Source: Chlorokybus atmophyticus (taxonomy: Eukaryota; Plantae; Mesostigma and Chlorokybus algae). From it: a DNA stretch of 64,000 nucleotides. Positions 1 to 15,977 of this stretch are shown piece after piece. The stretch covers positions 672,366-736,365 of the forward strand of contig RHPI01003330.1 of assembly GCA_009103225.1 (NCBI GenBank), written 5' to 3'. The notes beneath the pieces were generated by a model. That model searched no databases, was not told where the DNA came from, and saw only the letters and a program-made list of their open reading frames with translations. The translations under genes were made by a program, and so were the position numbers. Each line of letters opens with the position of its first letter. The first letter of the stretch is position 1.

Positions 1-599
1 TGTGGGCATGGGGTTGTGCTGTGTGCAGGACATGCGAGGTGCTATGGTGTCTGTTGAGCAGAAGATCGCAGCTTTTCAGTTAAATGCAATGCCTGGTTGC
101 TGGGCATACCATGGCAGGTGGCGGCTTTTGCGAGCACATGCACCCGTGATGTCTCATCGTTACGCGGTTCCTGTGCAGCCACAATCGCTGCGGCTGTTGT
201 GTTGACAGATGCCACAGTAGGACCATGTCCTACGCAGGCTTTTGCGGACAGTTCCGTATTATAACAAGATAGTAGTGTTAAGCATTAGACGAAGGTCTTC
301 CACACGCAATGTTGGCAATATGCTATGCTTGGCACATGGTAGGGGCTGTGCGCATCCAATGTTTGGCCACACGATATACAACTGCGCATGCACATTTTGA
401 TACTAGCTGCGTACCATTTGGTGTCTAGCACATGCTTGCAGGTTCGTTTCACGGTTGTGTAGCTAGTCATGCTGCTTCGCGAGCAAAGATGAACTCCAGC
501 ATTGCAAGCAACATGCATGGCTGAGTGCATTCCAAGGTACAAACCCTCTAGCTGTGTGTGCAGCTACACCATAGGCATGCAGCCCAATTGCCCACATTG

Positions 600-1240
600 C
601 TGCGGCTCATCTGCTTTCTAGTCCTGTGCTATTGCTCCTGACGTCAGCCATACTGCCTTACAGACGGGGCCATATTAGCTTGCTGTGAAAACATAATTTC
701 TACAGCTACACAGCGACATGTGGTGATTATGACGAGCAGTTGCAAAGTCTACACAGACGGCAATCATATTTAGGTTATCAGTGCATGCTGCTTGATTCCA
801 ATGCAGCAATCATCATGCGTAGGTTAAAACCTGCTTCAAGATAATGCCCATTCTTGCCTAGGAAGTTGCTGCAAGAGACTACTATCGTTGCAATGCATGC
901 AGTGGACAACCATTACCACAGACATACACATGCCTAGCACAATAACAAAGGTCATCTGCGCAACGGACGCGCCAACATGCACTCCATGACCACAATATGC
1001 ATTAAGCCATACATGCAGCTGCACACACTTCAAAGACAGCTGCTGGTTTCAACGGTTTCAACAACATACTGTAACCAACAGTGCCCCCCTTCTAACACAA
1101 TTTATTGTCGTCGTCAGCACCATTCGTTTATTGTCATCGTCAGCACCAGCCCTTTTCCTTTTAGGTGATGTTGTGGCTATTACAAGCTGCCACAACGCCC
1201 TTTGCCGCAGCGTTGTCCTTGAAGTGCGCGACCACACACA
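600..1240 (-). pseudogene. Decayed partial copy of the CTNNBL1 locus (5' exons/introns plus a short piece resembling the 3' end)
   Basis: Collinear similarity with an ~8.88 kb offset: 770-835 to 9630-9700, 861-945 to 9740-9830, 1131-1240 to 10015-10120. 601-640 resembles the CTNNBL1 stop region at 6671-6710. Copy has CGA->TGA stops. Confidence 0.7.
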
Positions 1241-1408
1241 GCAACAACAACTATGGCCTAGGCAGATGCGTTGCCTGCGCCATACGAGCGTCAACAACCT
1301 TGTTTAAGTGCAAGGCGTCAGGCACAGGCAACAGGATTGCCCAGCGGGGAGGTGCGGGGGGCAAAGGCAGGCAGCGGAGATTGTTGTAGCGGTGCGGTGG
1401 GAAGTCTA

Positions 1409-2215
1409 AGGCTTACTAAGCAACGAGCTTACTCGGTAGGGAGCGTGAGCAGGGAGGCTTCCGCATTGTCCGTCTCCACTTTGGCTGCCCTTAAGGATGG
1501 AAACGAAAAGCCTGGCAGGTGGTGGACGAGCGCGAAAAACCCCACGTGATCGTCGGCTTAGGTTGCAGCCTGCACCTCCTCATGGTTGGAGGGAGTTCTT
1601 TTAGCGAATAGTGTTGGTGGCAACCACGGGTGTTATTCGCATTTATTTAGCTCAAAAACATTGAGCGAGAAATGTGTTGTTTCTTTAAAACACATCCAAC
1701 GCGGGATGTACCAGTCTCCAAAAAAACCACGGAATTCAAAACAAGAGGAATGCGCGATGCCTCAACAACATAAGAAGGGCATTGCGTGATTGAGGCCTGT
1801 TGTTTAGTCCCGTCGCCTAGCAGGCTTACTATGTGGGGAGCTTACTCCGTAGGGAGCGTGCAGCAGGGAGGCTTCCGCATCGTCCATCTTCGCTTCAGTT
1901 GCCCTTGAGGATGGAAATGAAAAGTGCGACAGGTAACAGATGAGCGCAGGCAATCCCATGATCGTCGGCTCCCGCTGCTGCCTACACCTCCTCCTCGTAA
2001 TTGGAGGGAGTTTTTACAACAGATAGTATTAATGGCAATCGCAAGTGCACTTGTGTTTTGTTAGCTGAAAAAACATTGAGCGAGGGATGTGTCATTCTTT
2101 AAAACACACGTAATGAAGCGTGTACTAGGTTTTTAAAAGCATACAAAACTTGGACAGAGGAATGCGCGGTGCCTCAGCAAAGATTGGAAAGGGATTGCGT
2201 GATTTGGGCCTATTA
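1409..2215. repeat. Two imperfect direct repeats, period ~413 bp (about 1409-1808 and 1822-2215)
   Basis: Shared blocks in the same order, e.g. gagcttactc(g/c)gtagggagcgtg, gggaggcttccgcat, aaaaacattgagcgag, tctttaaaacaca, agaggaatgcgcg. Confidence 0.85.
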
Positions 2216-2568
2216 CGAGCAACCGGTCTACATGGGACCCCCTACTCACTCTTCTTCAAGACCTTGAAGGTGAGAACAGCGTCAGCATGTCATCTATTGA
2301 CGTTGTTCTATCTCATTATATTGCGCTACTACACATGGCACGTGGAGTGCGTGCGGGTGAGGGATTCCCTCATTTTTGAAAAGTGTTTGTTACCTTGTGG
2401 AAATGATACATTGAGTAATACTTGGCCCGCAATCAATATTTCGTGACTTTCAAGGGCTTTATTCTCCTTTTACGATAAAGATTGAATGCTCATATTATAA
2501 GAGTGTGCTATACTAATCGTACGTTTCTCGTGTCATATACAATTGTACAGCGTACAATCAGTATCATA

Positions 2569-2663
2569 TAATAAAGATCGTAGCATGCTGTATTAAACAA
2601 TTATCGTGTGCTAATGCATTGACAATGCAGCATGGTACGATCTTTATTACACGATAAAGATCG
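2569..2663. repeat. Cluster of short inverted repeats built on ATAAAGATCG in alternating orientation
   Basis: 22-bp arms 2569-2590 / 2628-2649 with 1 mismatch; a second pair at 2638-2647 / 2654-2663; related motif near 2472. Confidence 0.75.
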
Positions 2664-3576
2664 TTCAATGCTTGCGAATGCAAATTACAATAAAGAGTGC
2701 AAACGTCAGTGAAGGACATTTCTTACGCGGCGCAGCAGGATGCCGCACGTCGACGTCTACTTGCGTCGGCAACGCTGCCACGCTTGGTCATTATTGTCGG
2801 GACAGCCGCGCTTTGCATCATCCATATCACATCGTGACTTGCAACGTGAGCCATATATAGAGCTGTCAGGCAGCCCAACACGTGTGTATATGTACAATAA
2901 CATCTGCCTTCTCCATGACACCACTGGCCAACCCAGAGCATGTGTAAGTGTGCATAGCAAGCTTGCAACAGTGGCTCTCTGCGTTGTCGCACGTAGAATG
3001 GCCATGGGCGATTGAACAAGTTGCAGTCATTACCATGTTGCGCTGCACCGGCTCACCGATATGCTAGCGGTCGTCTCCCTATGGCCCTCCTGGAGTAAAG
3101 GATGGCCGTAAAATGCCACCAAACATACCGCACATACGATCATGTTGCATCTCATGTGGCGGTGTTTCGCGGGATAGAATGGCTATACGAAGACGATTGC
3201 TAGGAGAACATTTATGATCATGAGTTAATAATAGCGACGCCAACTAGACTCATTGCGATTTTTTGCTTGCATCAATCGATATCCGCTGCGTCTTCTAAAG
3301 AGTCTTTTATTATCAAACCTACGGATAATACATCTGACTGCCATACTTGTACGGCTGCTGCGCATGCTTTTAATTTAACCGGCAGTTTCAATGTTGCACC
3401 AATGTCGTACGAAAATTTGTTATATAATTATTGTGCAACAAGTTTATGTCTAAAGAGTGTTTCAATAAGTATAAATATATATACTTACTTTAATGCTTAA
3501 TTACTTCAAGTTATGGATGCCATTTTGTAACGCCTGTAGCAAAAGGCTAAAAAACATCCATCCAACTGGGTTGCCA

Positions 3577-3621
3577 CAACTGCCAATGGCGCTCATACCG
3601 TATGAGCGCCATTGGCAGTTG
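3577..3621. repeat. Perfect 45-bp palindrome (22-bp arms, 1-nt spacer)
   Basis: caactgccaatggcgctcatac-c-gtatgagcgccattggcagttg read directly. Confidence 0.95.
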
Positions 3622-5021
3622 CTTAAGGTACGTTTGTTGCTTGGGTCGCTATCTGCGTAGTGTTGGCGTCGGCGGCATCTACCCTCGTAAGGTTGGGCAG
3701 ATGGCCGACAAGGCGGGCGGTGGACGCCTTCACAACCTGAGGTTCTCCTCGCGGCCGCCTCCATCGTCATTGCTGCCGACCATCGCAAAGACCACTCTTG
3801 TCGTGGCGCTCGCAGCCTGCTTGTGCACATGTACAGCCGCCGGCGAGCTCGCTTGCCCTTAGCGGGTCCGATCAAGTTGAATTGAATGTAAAGTAAGATG
3901 CAAATGGCGCAAAGCCTTTCAAAAAATAATCAAAAACAAAAAGGCCATTTACAATTGCAAAAGTGAGGTCTAGCTTACCAATGCCATACCACCTGCTGCA
4001 CTGCTAAGCAAGCGTGGCATGCACATTCTTAGCACTTTATGCCGTACGTAGATCATATCAATTAAGGCCTTTGTATAATAAAATTCCAATGGTTAGTTTT
4101 TCCTTTTCAGATTGCCTTATATTAAAGTGCATGATTACACTTTAATTTGCTTAAGGGTGCAGGAGGATATCGTACAGCAACGCAAAGACAATGTCTTGTT
4201 AATATATGTTGGCACTCACTTGTGCAATCTTAAGACGACATGCGCAATAAACTGGCATACATGTCACATGCACATAGTGCACACCGAAGGTTGATGGCGA
4301 CGTTACCATTGCCATCAAATCATATTGTTCATACAGATATATCACTTTCCTACGAATGTCTTCTTATAGGAAGACATTAAGAACACATTACATCAAGAAT
4401 TTTTTTTTGGCAAAGTGATATTCATTCATCAAGACTTGCCATTATTGTCGTCGCACTATCTACCAATACACCTACTTAATATGATAACTTTTTGCCATGT
4501 CAGTGCATGCTAATGTGGTCAATTCAAAGTATATCCGCCGATACTAAGATAGTCATGATCTTATCAATATCATTCACACCGCACATGTGTGTACACATTT
4601 TAGCGCATGTTTTTATTATGTAACAACATTTTCTTCTTAGCGCATATTGTAGTTTATGTAACAACATTTACATACAGAAGTGATCGGGAACAGAATTCAA
4701 AATAACCTGTCACGCGCAATATGAATCAGTTGGAAAACGGACTCACGAAGTAGATTGTAATTGACGGCGCGCTTTGGGCGCTATACAGTTGTGACACCAA
4801 TCCGCTTAATTACAATGTACCCCTATTGAACGACCTCGCTTCAAGTGAATAACCTCCTTAAAGCTCACATGCACGAAAATGCATGTGAGCATTGATGCAA
4901 TGTGGCCCATTCAGCCAATAATGCATGGCATTAAACACTGACTTGCGCATACCAAGCGCAAGTCATGGCATTCCCCCTCCTCTTGTTTATACACACTCAC
5001 CCAACCTACCCTGTCTCTTGC

Positions 5022-6106
5022 AGCCAGCCAACACCTCTCCCTCACAACATTATTGTGTCCCCGCCTCCCCACATGTACCCTTCACCTCCTCCTCCTCCTC
5101 CTCCTTTCCTCCCTCTCCCTCTCCCTCGCCTTGGACTCCCTGTGCACCCCGATCGACCCTGTCCGCTACCTGGCGCGCAACCTGACGGTTGTGTGTACTA
5201 CACGGTAGTACCCGCGGCTGTACCTGGAGTCATTCGAGTACAAGCCGTGCAAGAATGACTGTATCATGGGCTAAATACAGACGAATGGGATGTATAAGGT
5301 GAGGGTGGAGGCGTGTATCCGCGTCTCTGTATGTGCGCGCGCGTGCTTATGAGTGAGTATGTGTGCATGGGTAAGTGGTTGCACACGCACACGTCGGCAC
5401 ACGTCAGTCTCTGTGCATGCGAGTACATGTGTGCCCAATCGTGCGTACGTGAGCATGCAAGTCGCAGATCTTTGACGCTTTGCACCCTTGTTCCCCAATA
5501 CACTTAACCTACATGTGCACACTCACGCATGTGGACTTCAGGGCCTCCGCAGTGGTCTTGTGCGCGTGTGGTCGCGTATCCGGGTCCCCGCTGGCGCCAC
5601 AACCGTCGGCAGCTTTGGCGTGCAACTAGTCTACAGCAGCAACGGCAAGGCTGCTTGTTGCCGTTGCAGACACAAGCACTGGGGTGAGTGTACATGTGTG
5701 TGCATGTGGCTCGTGGAGTCTACTAACTTATGACTTGCGTGTGCGTGTCAGAGCATGATTGGGCCACTGTCCCTGGCGTGTACTAGGGTCTCGCGGCCTT
5801 CGACGCTACGGAAAGGAGTCCCTGTGGAGCGTGGATCTCCGCACCACTCTCACTCGCACAGCAAAGGTACATGTGTGATGACAAGACATGGCACACAAAA
5901 CCCATCAAGCACATTGTTACCACACCCGCATTGATGCGTGCACACATACAACACTTAATGCCACCAGGATCCGTCCCCACACTACCAATAACGTGGTGGC
6001 CGCCCCGGATGGCACCGCCTACATCACGGACCCATTGAAGATGGAGAGGGTTGCGTGGAAGGCACTGCTATTTGCTTGTGCAGTGTGTTGTGTGGGAGTC
6101 TGTTGA
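5022..6106 (+). pseudogene. Spliced gene for a possibly secreted protein, interrupted by in-frame stops
   Basis: Hydrophobic leader LLLLLLSSLSLSLA, then a GC3-rich frame DSLCTPIDPVRYLARNL...YPRLYLESFEYKPCKNDCIMG, with canonical donors/acceptors and phase-compatible joins. TAG 5206, TAA 5272, TAG 5784; the last exon needs a frame change. Confidence 0.45.
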
Positions 6107-6664
6107 AGTGGCATGGCACAATGAGGTTGTGGACAACGTGTGCGTGTTGATAATGTCTTGCCAAGCTATGACACGAGCTGAAAGCCAAGCAAAGCGGCAC
6201 AGACACAACATTCTTGCCAATCAAGGCGCAAGGGCTTTACCAAAGATAGAAGACAACATTGTTGGACAAGGTGATACAAAGGCAATGATAGTGGCTGTGA
6301 CATCTACGCTGCTGACTAATGTCGCACTAGTACCATGTTTTGTAACTCGCGGGGACATGTTATTCGACAGCAAGTATCAGGGTCAGGTGAAGCATCAAAC
6401 AAGGTTTGGGTTACACCTTGTGAGTGCCATACGCGGGTTGTGCATCGGTTGTTGCAATTTGTCTTTCGACAACTTGCACTCCCACACTTGACGCTAGCAT
6501 GCTAGGTACCGCGCACAAAGTGCACCGAAGCTTGTAGCGTAGTAGATTGTGTCGCTGGCCGTATTGCTTGTGCAGTGCGCATTTCCCAAACTCAGGCATG
6601 CAATATGTACCTGTGCGCATATGAGTGCTTTTTAGATATACACTTTGAAGGCAAGTAGTACACA

Positions 6665-9600
6665 CTACTGCTGTGGCTCATCTGCTTCCTGCTCTTGCTG
6701 CTGCTCTTGCTGCCGCTCTGTTGCCGACTCAAGGCCAGCGATGAGTTTCTCCACGCTCTTGACTCTGCGATCGCGCTCCTCCTCGCCACCAACGTCCCCG
6801 ATGTTGCCTCGGTACTCGCTCAGGACAGCAGTGATGTCATCAAGAGAGGCGCCCTGCTGGTGCAGCAGCAGCCGGATGCGCGCGCGGATGCCCGTGTGCT
6901 CTGCAGCCCACACGTGGCCTGCGATTAGAGCGACCAGCTGCAGAGTGTACAGGCCCTTGTCAAGCCTTGCCAGGTACTTCTCATCCTCGTCAAGCTCGTC
7001 CTCCTCCTTGGCCTCCTGTGCAGCTTGCCGCTGCTCCTCTGCACGCACCTGTGCACAGCAACAAACCCAATGTCAGCACGCATGCAAGCTCACATGCGCA
7101 CAGACACACAAGCGCGCGTGCACGTTCTGCACGCAAACTGAGATATGTAGAAGCTAAATGACGATAACATATACCTTTGCTGCGTATTTAAAGTACAGCT
7201 CTAACAACCGGTCAACTTTCTCATACTCGCTTTCCACAAACTTGCTTGCCAACCGATCTCTCCTTGTGCCGCGTGACACATTGCCAAACAGCGAGCTGGT
7301 TGAAACGCGAGATGAAGTGTTGTCACAATGTCAACAAGACGTTTTCCTAGGAAGGCGGAACCCAATTGCATTGCAAACTCACCTGATCATGGATACGGCG
7401 CGCTCCTCATCTTCATCCGAGTTGTCGACTGTGCGCTTGCCTTTGGGCTTCCCCTTGCCCATAAAGATGGAAAACACCGTCTTGAGACCAAGCACATCTG
7501 CCAAGCAGCTAGAGTGTGAATGGACCTGCATACCATGTACTGTGTATGACATGTTGGATTGCAATAACCACCAGAACAGCAAGTCAAGACTAGAGGGCGT
7601 CAGTTTGTCAGAGGTGAAAAGTAGTTCTCAGCAAAGCACTGAGGCACTCAGCTCCAAAATGCGTCATCAATCGCCCAGATCATGATCACGCTAATGATGT
7701 GTTGATGGTGCAACACTGATAGGGGTTGTAGCAACGCTTGAGTTGTACCTACGAAGTGATCGCAGGCAGGAGGGCAGGCTGTGAGGGCGAAATCGAGGGT
7801 CTTAACGGCCGCCACTCGGCACGAGCGCTTCTGCTTGATGATGATAATCATCAGCTCGATGCCTTCGGCCTTGACGAAGCGCACCTTGTTGTCCGCATGC
7901 ATAACCAGACTGCACATTGAATCAAATAGGTTCTCCACCATCTCTTCCTCTTCGCCTGCTTCCGGGTCGTGGCTCTTGTATGCAGCTACAGCCTATTGTT
8001 GATAAAGTACATTGGTGACTTTATTGGGATGCATGCCAGTGGCAATAACAACAGGTAAGTGTACTGGCAAGTGCACAATTCATGAAGGGTATGACCACAC
8101 CTGTAACAAAGCGTCTACTCCATTCATGGAGCCAAGGCGCTTCTGATTGGCAGCATTGTCCTGCAGTAAAATGGCTAAAATCTCTGAAGCATACAGCTTG
8201 TTGCCGTCAAACTCTTTGGCTTTCAACCTATTCAGAAGCCATCGCAATATCCGCGTTTTCTCGCAAACTGTGGTTGCGACTTCTGGCCGCACTTCAACTA
8301 GATTCTCTGCAACATGGTGATGTCAACAACCACATTATATGCCAACATGCTGCGAGTGTCGTGACACACATGTGTCTGTCCGCGCCGCAAACAACATACC
8401 AACAATGCTCAATGTGTTGAAAACGCATGTAGCTTCATCTGCAACTGACTCATCGAGGCGAGCGAGATTTGTGGTCAACATTTCCAGCGCCTGGTTTTCC
8501 AGTAGTGCGTCTACCAACAACTTGGCTTCTTCATCTGACTCTCCAATTGCGTCTTCATCAGTAAGCTCGCTGTCACCAAGTGTAGTAGTGTGAGTTTCAA
8601 CCGGATGCGTTTGTGCACGAAGGTGCAGAGTCTCCATGTGATTTTCACTTCTGACATGACACACCTTGGGGCTCACCGTATGAGATCCACAACGTCCATG
8701 GAGATGTCCGTGTTGTCATGGTTCAGGAGGCCAACAAGGCTGGTGACGGTGCCAAGTCGTACCATCTCTGGGTACAACTCCTGCAATGCCAGCCACACCA
8801 CTAAGCGCAAGTAGCCAAATTCAATCCATGCGCGATCCCTATGCAAGTGAGCTTGGCAGATTGGCAAATTACAGCTTGGCAGATTGGCAGATTACCATAC
8901 CGGGGCTGTGGCGAGGGCGTGCAGCTTCTTGACCTGCGAGGAAAAGTTGTTATTCAAAGTACGCATTGGGTGCATTGTGTGTGCAAAACACCCGAAACTC
9001 AGATTCAGCCATCACCTCTTCATCCAGATCTACTTCTGAGTCCATAAACCTGCACCACAGAGAATCCAAACATAAGGTTACATTTCAACAATGCCCTGCG
9101 CCTGTGGTATAAACAATAATCATATGTTGGCACTGCAACGATGCAAACACTGATACACCTGCGTACTTTTCTGGTTGGTCCATGTACTTCATGCGGGCTT
9201 CGAGATTCTCTTTGAACTGTCAGCACAAGATATGAGTTGCTGCTAAGCAACACATGGAACAAACACAAAATAAACCCATGAACACGTGCGCGCGCACACA
9301 CATGCACACAGATAAACAAAATATGCTTGCACAGTAGCACGCATACCTTTCGCTCAAACGCAAGCACAAGGCGTTTGACCGCCCGAGAGTCCAAAGCTTC
9401 CGCAGGCCCGGCCTTGTCAACTGCTTCCAGAAGAGACAGATCAAACTCAGGACGAGGCGCCTTAGCAGGTGGAGGAGATGCCTGGCAGCAAGGCAAGTGG
9501 ACAGGACGTCAGCGATGCTGGCTGGCTGTGGATACATATTATTATGGCCAAGCAACCAACACCAGTATGGAATGTGACTTGTTTGTTGCAGATGTGACGT

Positions 9601-10203
9601 GCTGTGAACATGGCGACCGCACTAAGTCATGAGTGCATGCTGCCTGATTCTGACGTACCAATCGTCGTGCATAGTTTAGTACTTGCTCCAATGCAATGCC
9701 CGTTCCCCACGCATGGTGATTGTATAAGTTAAGGTGAAGTTGCTGCAAGAGACTGTCGCCGTTGCAGTTGCATGCAACGGACACCGGTACCAGCAACATA
9801 CACACGCCCAACACACTAGCAAGATAACCTGCGCAAATGTGCAGACATACTGCACGCTACTACAAGATGTTTTGCTCTACATTATACCTACACAATGATA
9901 GCTGCTCGATTCAACGGTTTCATTGCTAGCAAATCTCACAGCTGATGTACCTCCGCTGTATGTTCCTTGCATTACGTACACCAAAATGTTGTTGGCAAAC
10001 CCCGACAGTGATACTGTCACTGTCAGCACCAGCCCTGCTCTCACTTGCTCAGGCGACGTTGTGGCTGCTGCAGGCTGCTCCTCCACCACCTCCGCGTCGT
10101 CCTCAAAATGCATAGCCATGCGCGCCCTGGCGTCATCAAACACCGCTGCGGCATCCCCCCCGCCCCCATCCCGCTTGCGCTTGGTCGCCATCGCCGCCGC
10201 CAT
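6665..10203 (-). CDS. CTNNBL1: Beta-catenin-like protein 1 (spliceosomal Prp19-complex factor), multi-exon
   Basis: Exons translate to KRKRD...DLSLLEAVDK...VKRLVLAFERK, LLNHDNTDISMDVVDLIR, KLYASEILAILLQ, EEEEMVENLFDSMCSL, FVESEYEKVDRLLELY, YLARLDKGLYTLQL, which are characteristic CTNNBL1 blocks. Splice phases are consistent. Confidence 0.93.
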
Positions 10204-10318
10204 GAATACCGCCGCCACCTGAGCTGAAAGCAGCAGCGCTAAGCAAAACAACACTTACCTCGCGTTCGAACTTGCTCTGTGTCTAAACGCCACGGGCGGC
10301 GGTGTCGTTGTGGGCGTC

Positions 10319-14519
<4,201 letters not shown>

Positions 14520-14885
14520 TCCATCCCAGTCAAGCTTGGCATTACTCACCTGACGTACCAACTTATCACTGCGTTCCAAGCTTTGGGTGAGTACGGCCTT
14601 CCTTTGTGCGTGTTCCAGCTTTGAGGTTTCTCCACACCCATGAACGACCCTTCATTCATCCTTCATCGGGGTAAAAGCTGATGTTGTGTGCAGGCTCACA
14701 GCTGACTGCAGCTGCTTGGCAACATGCACCGCCTGCACGCTTTGGGTGCGGCTTCTGTCAAGATGCACACGCTGTGCTGCAAAGAGTGCCATTGCTAGCA
14801 CAATGACATCTACGTTGATGGCAGTTTATGGAAGCATAAGCTCTGCACAGCGCTTTTCCAGCCGTCCATTGCAGATGTTCGGGCC

Positions 14886-15775
14886 TCAAAGCGGGCACGC
14901 ATCAGGCGAGTGCGCAGTGGAGTATTCTGGCCAGCGGTACGTGTGTAGTTTGGCGCGTAGTGATGGCCAGCTAGTGATGCGCAGTTAGCACCAAAACTAC
15001 GTGTCAACGATGTGCTTGTGATGTTGGACATCTGCCGTGGGAGCGAAGTTTGTCTCGTACTTCATGACAGTTTCCTGGTGTGCTTTATTAGAACCGCATG
15101 TATAGGATTGTGTATGAGACTCACACATGTAGGTTTGCGTGTATGCATTCCCTCTTGCATCTTTTGTACACACTTCCTGTGCATTCCTTGGTGATGCTAT
15201 ATGTACTGGGTAGGCAGGTACTGACATGTGCAGCAATGAAGCGCGTAAACGCATAGGAGCACAATGTCGTGTCATCATGATGCCATGCTATGCCATGTGT
15301 GGGATGCGTGCCATGAGCGTGCTCAAGCATTAGGGCTGCATGCACATTCCCTCGACGATCTTTGTACACAAGCCACCATATGGCGCATCTGTACATGCGC
15401 ATAGTTGTTCGGATGCTGCCTTGATTATGGCCAACAATGGTCACCAAGCGACGTACAACAGTCGCCAATGCACGCAAAGAGTTGTGGGCAGGGTCATGCA
15501 CAGACTTGGCGTCCCTGGCTACATGATGCACGTTAGAACGGAAGATGACATTGCAAACCTCCACTAGAGCATCTTCCAGGTACAGATGTAGTATCTTGTG
15601 TACACCCTGCACCGCTGCATGGCATTATGGATTATGGACTCGCTGTTACAAGCGCACTAAGAAGGATAACATGACACATTCACAATAACCAGGCAGCAGT
15701 TGATTAGCTGAACATGGCAAGCTGGATAGCCATTACGCAAGGCATGGCTGTTGTCAGCGCCAGCAGCATCCACAT
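14886..15775 (-). CDS. Hypothetical multi-exon protein of unknown function
   Basis: Phase-consistent chain MWMLLALTTAMPC|GVHKILHLYLEDALVE...FTRFIAAH|ETVMKYETNF...IVDT|WPSLRAKLHTYRWPEY...CPL*, including one long open exon. No homology recognised. Confidence 0.35.
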
Positions 15776-15977
15776 TCTCCTCTGCTGCGGCGGCGGCGTG
15801 CGAGGCGTTAGCTTGAGGCAGCAGCTCGCATCACCAACGCAAGCTGCAGCTGGCGGCGGCGGCAACCGAGCAGCCTGCTTGAAGCTTCAGCGCAGCAGCA
15901 GCAGGCGCACTTGTTTCTGCCGGCCGCCGGCAGCAGCAGCTTCTTCTTCAGCTCAGCAGCAGGCGGCAGCTGCAAGC

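Noticed and set aside
1425-1560. U3 snoRNA or other structured ncRNA suggested by GAGCGTGA
   Set aside because: No matching box A/A', C or D arrangement and no snRNA-type promoter or terminator.
5206-5786. Non-standard genetic code (TAA/TAG = Gln, as in some ulvophytes)
   Set aside because: I found no in-frame TAR in the conserved exons I translated. CTNNBL1 ends in TAG and fibrillin in TAG TAA. F-box B ends in TAA where paralogs end in TGA.
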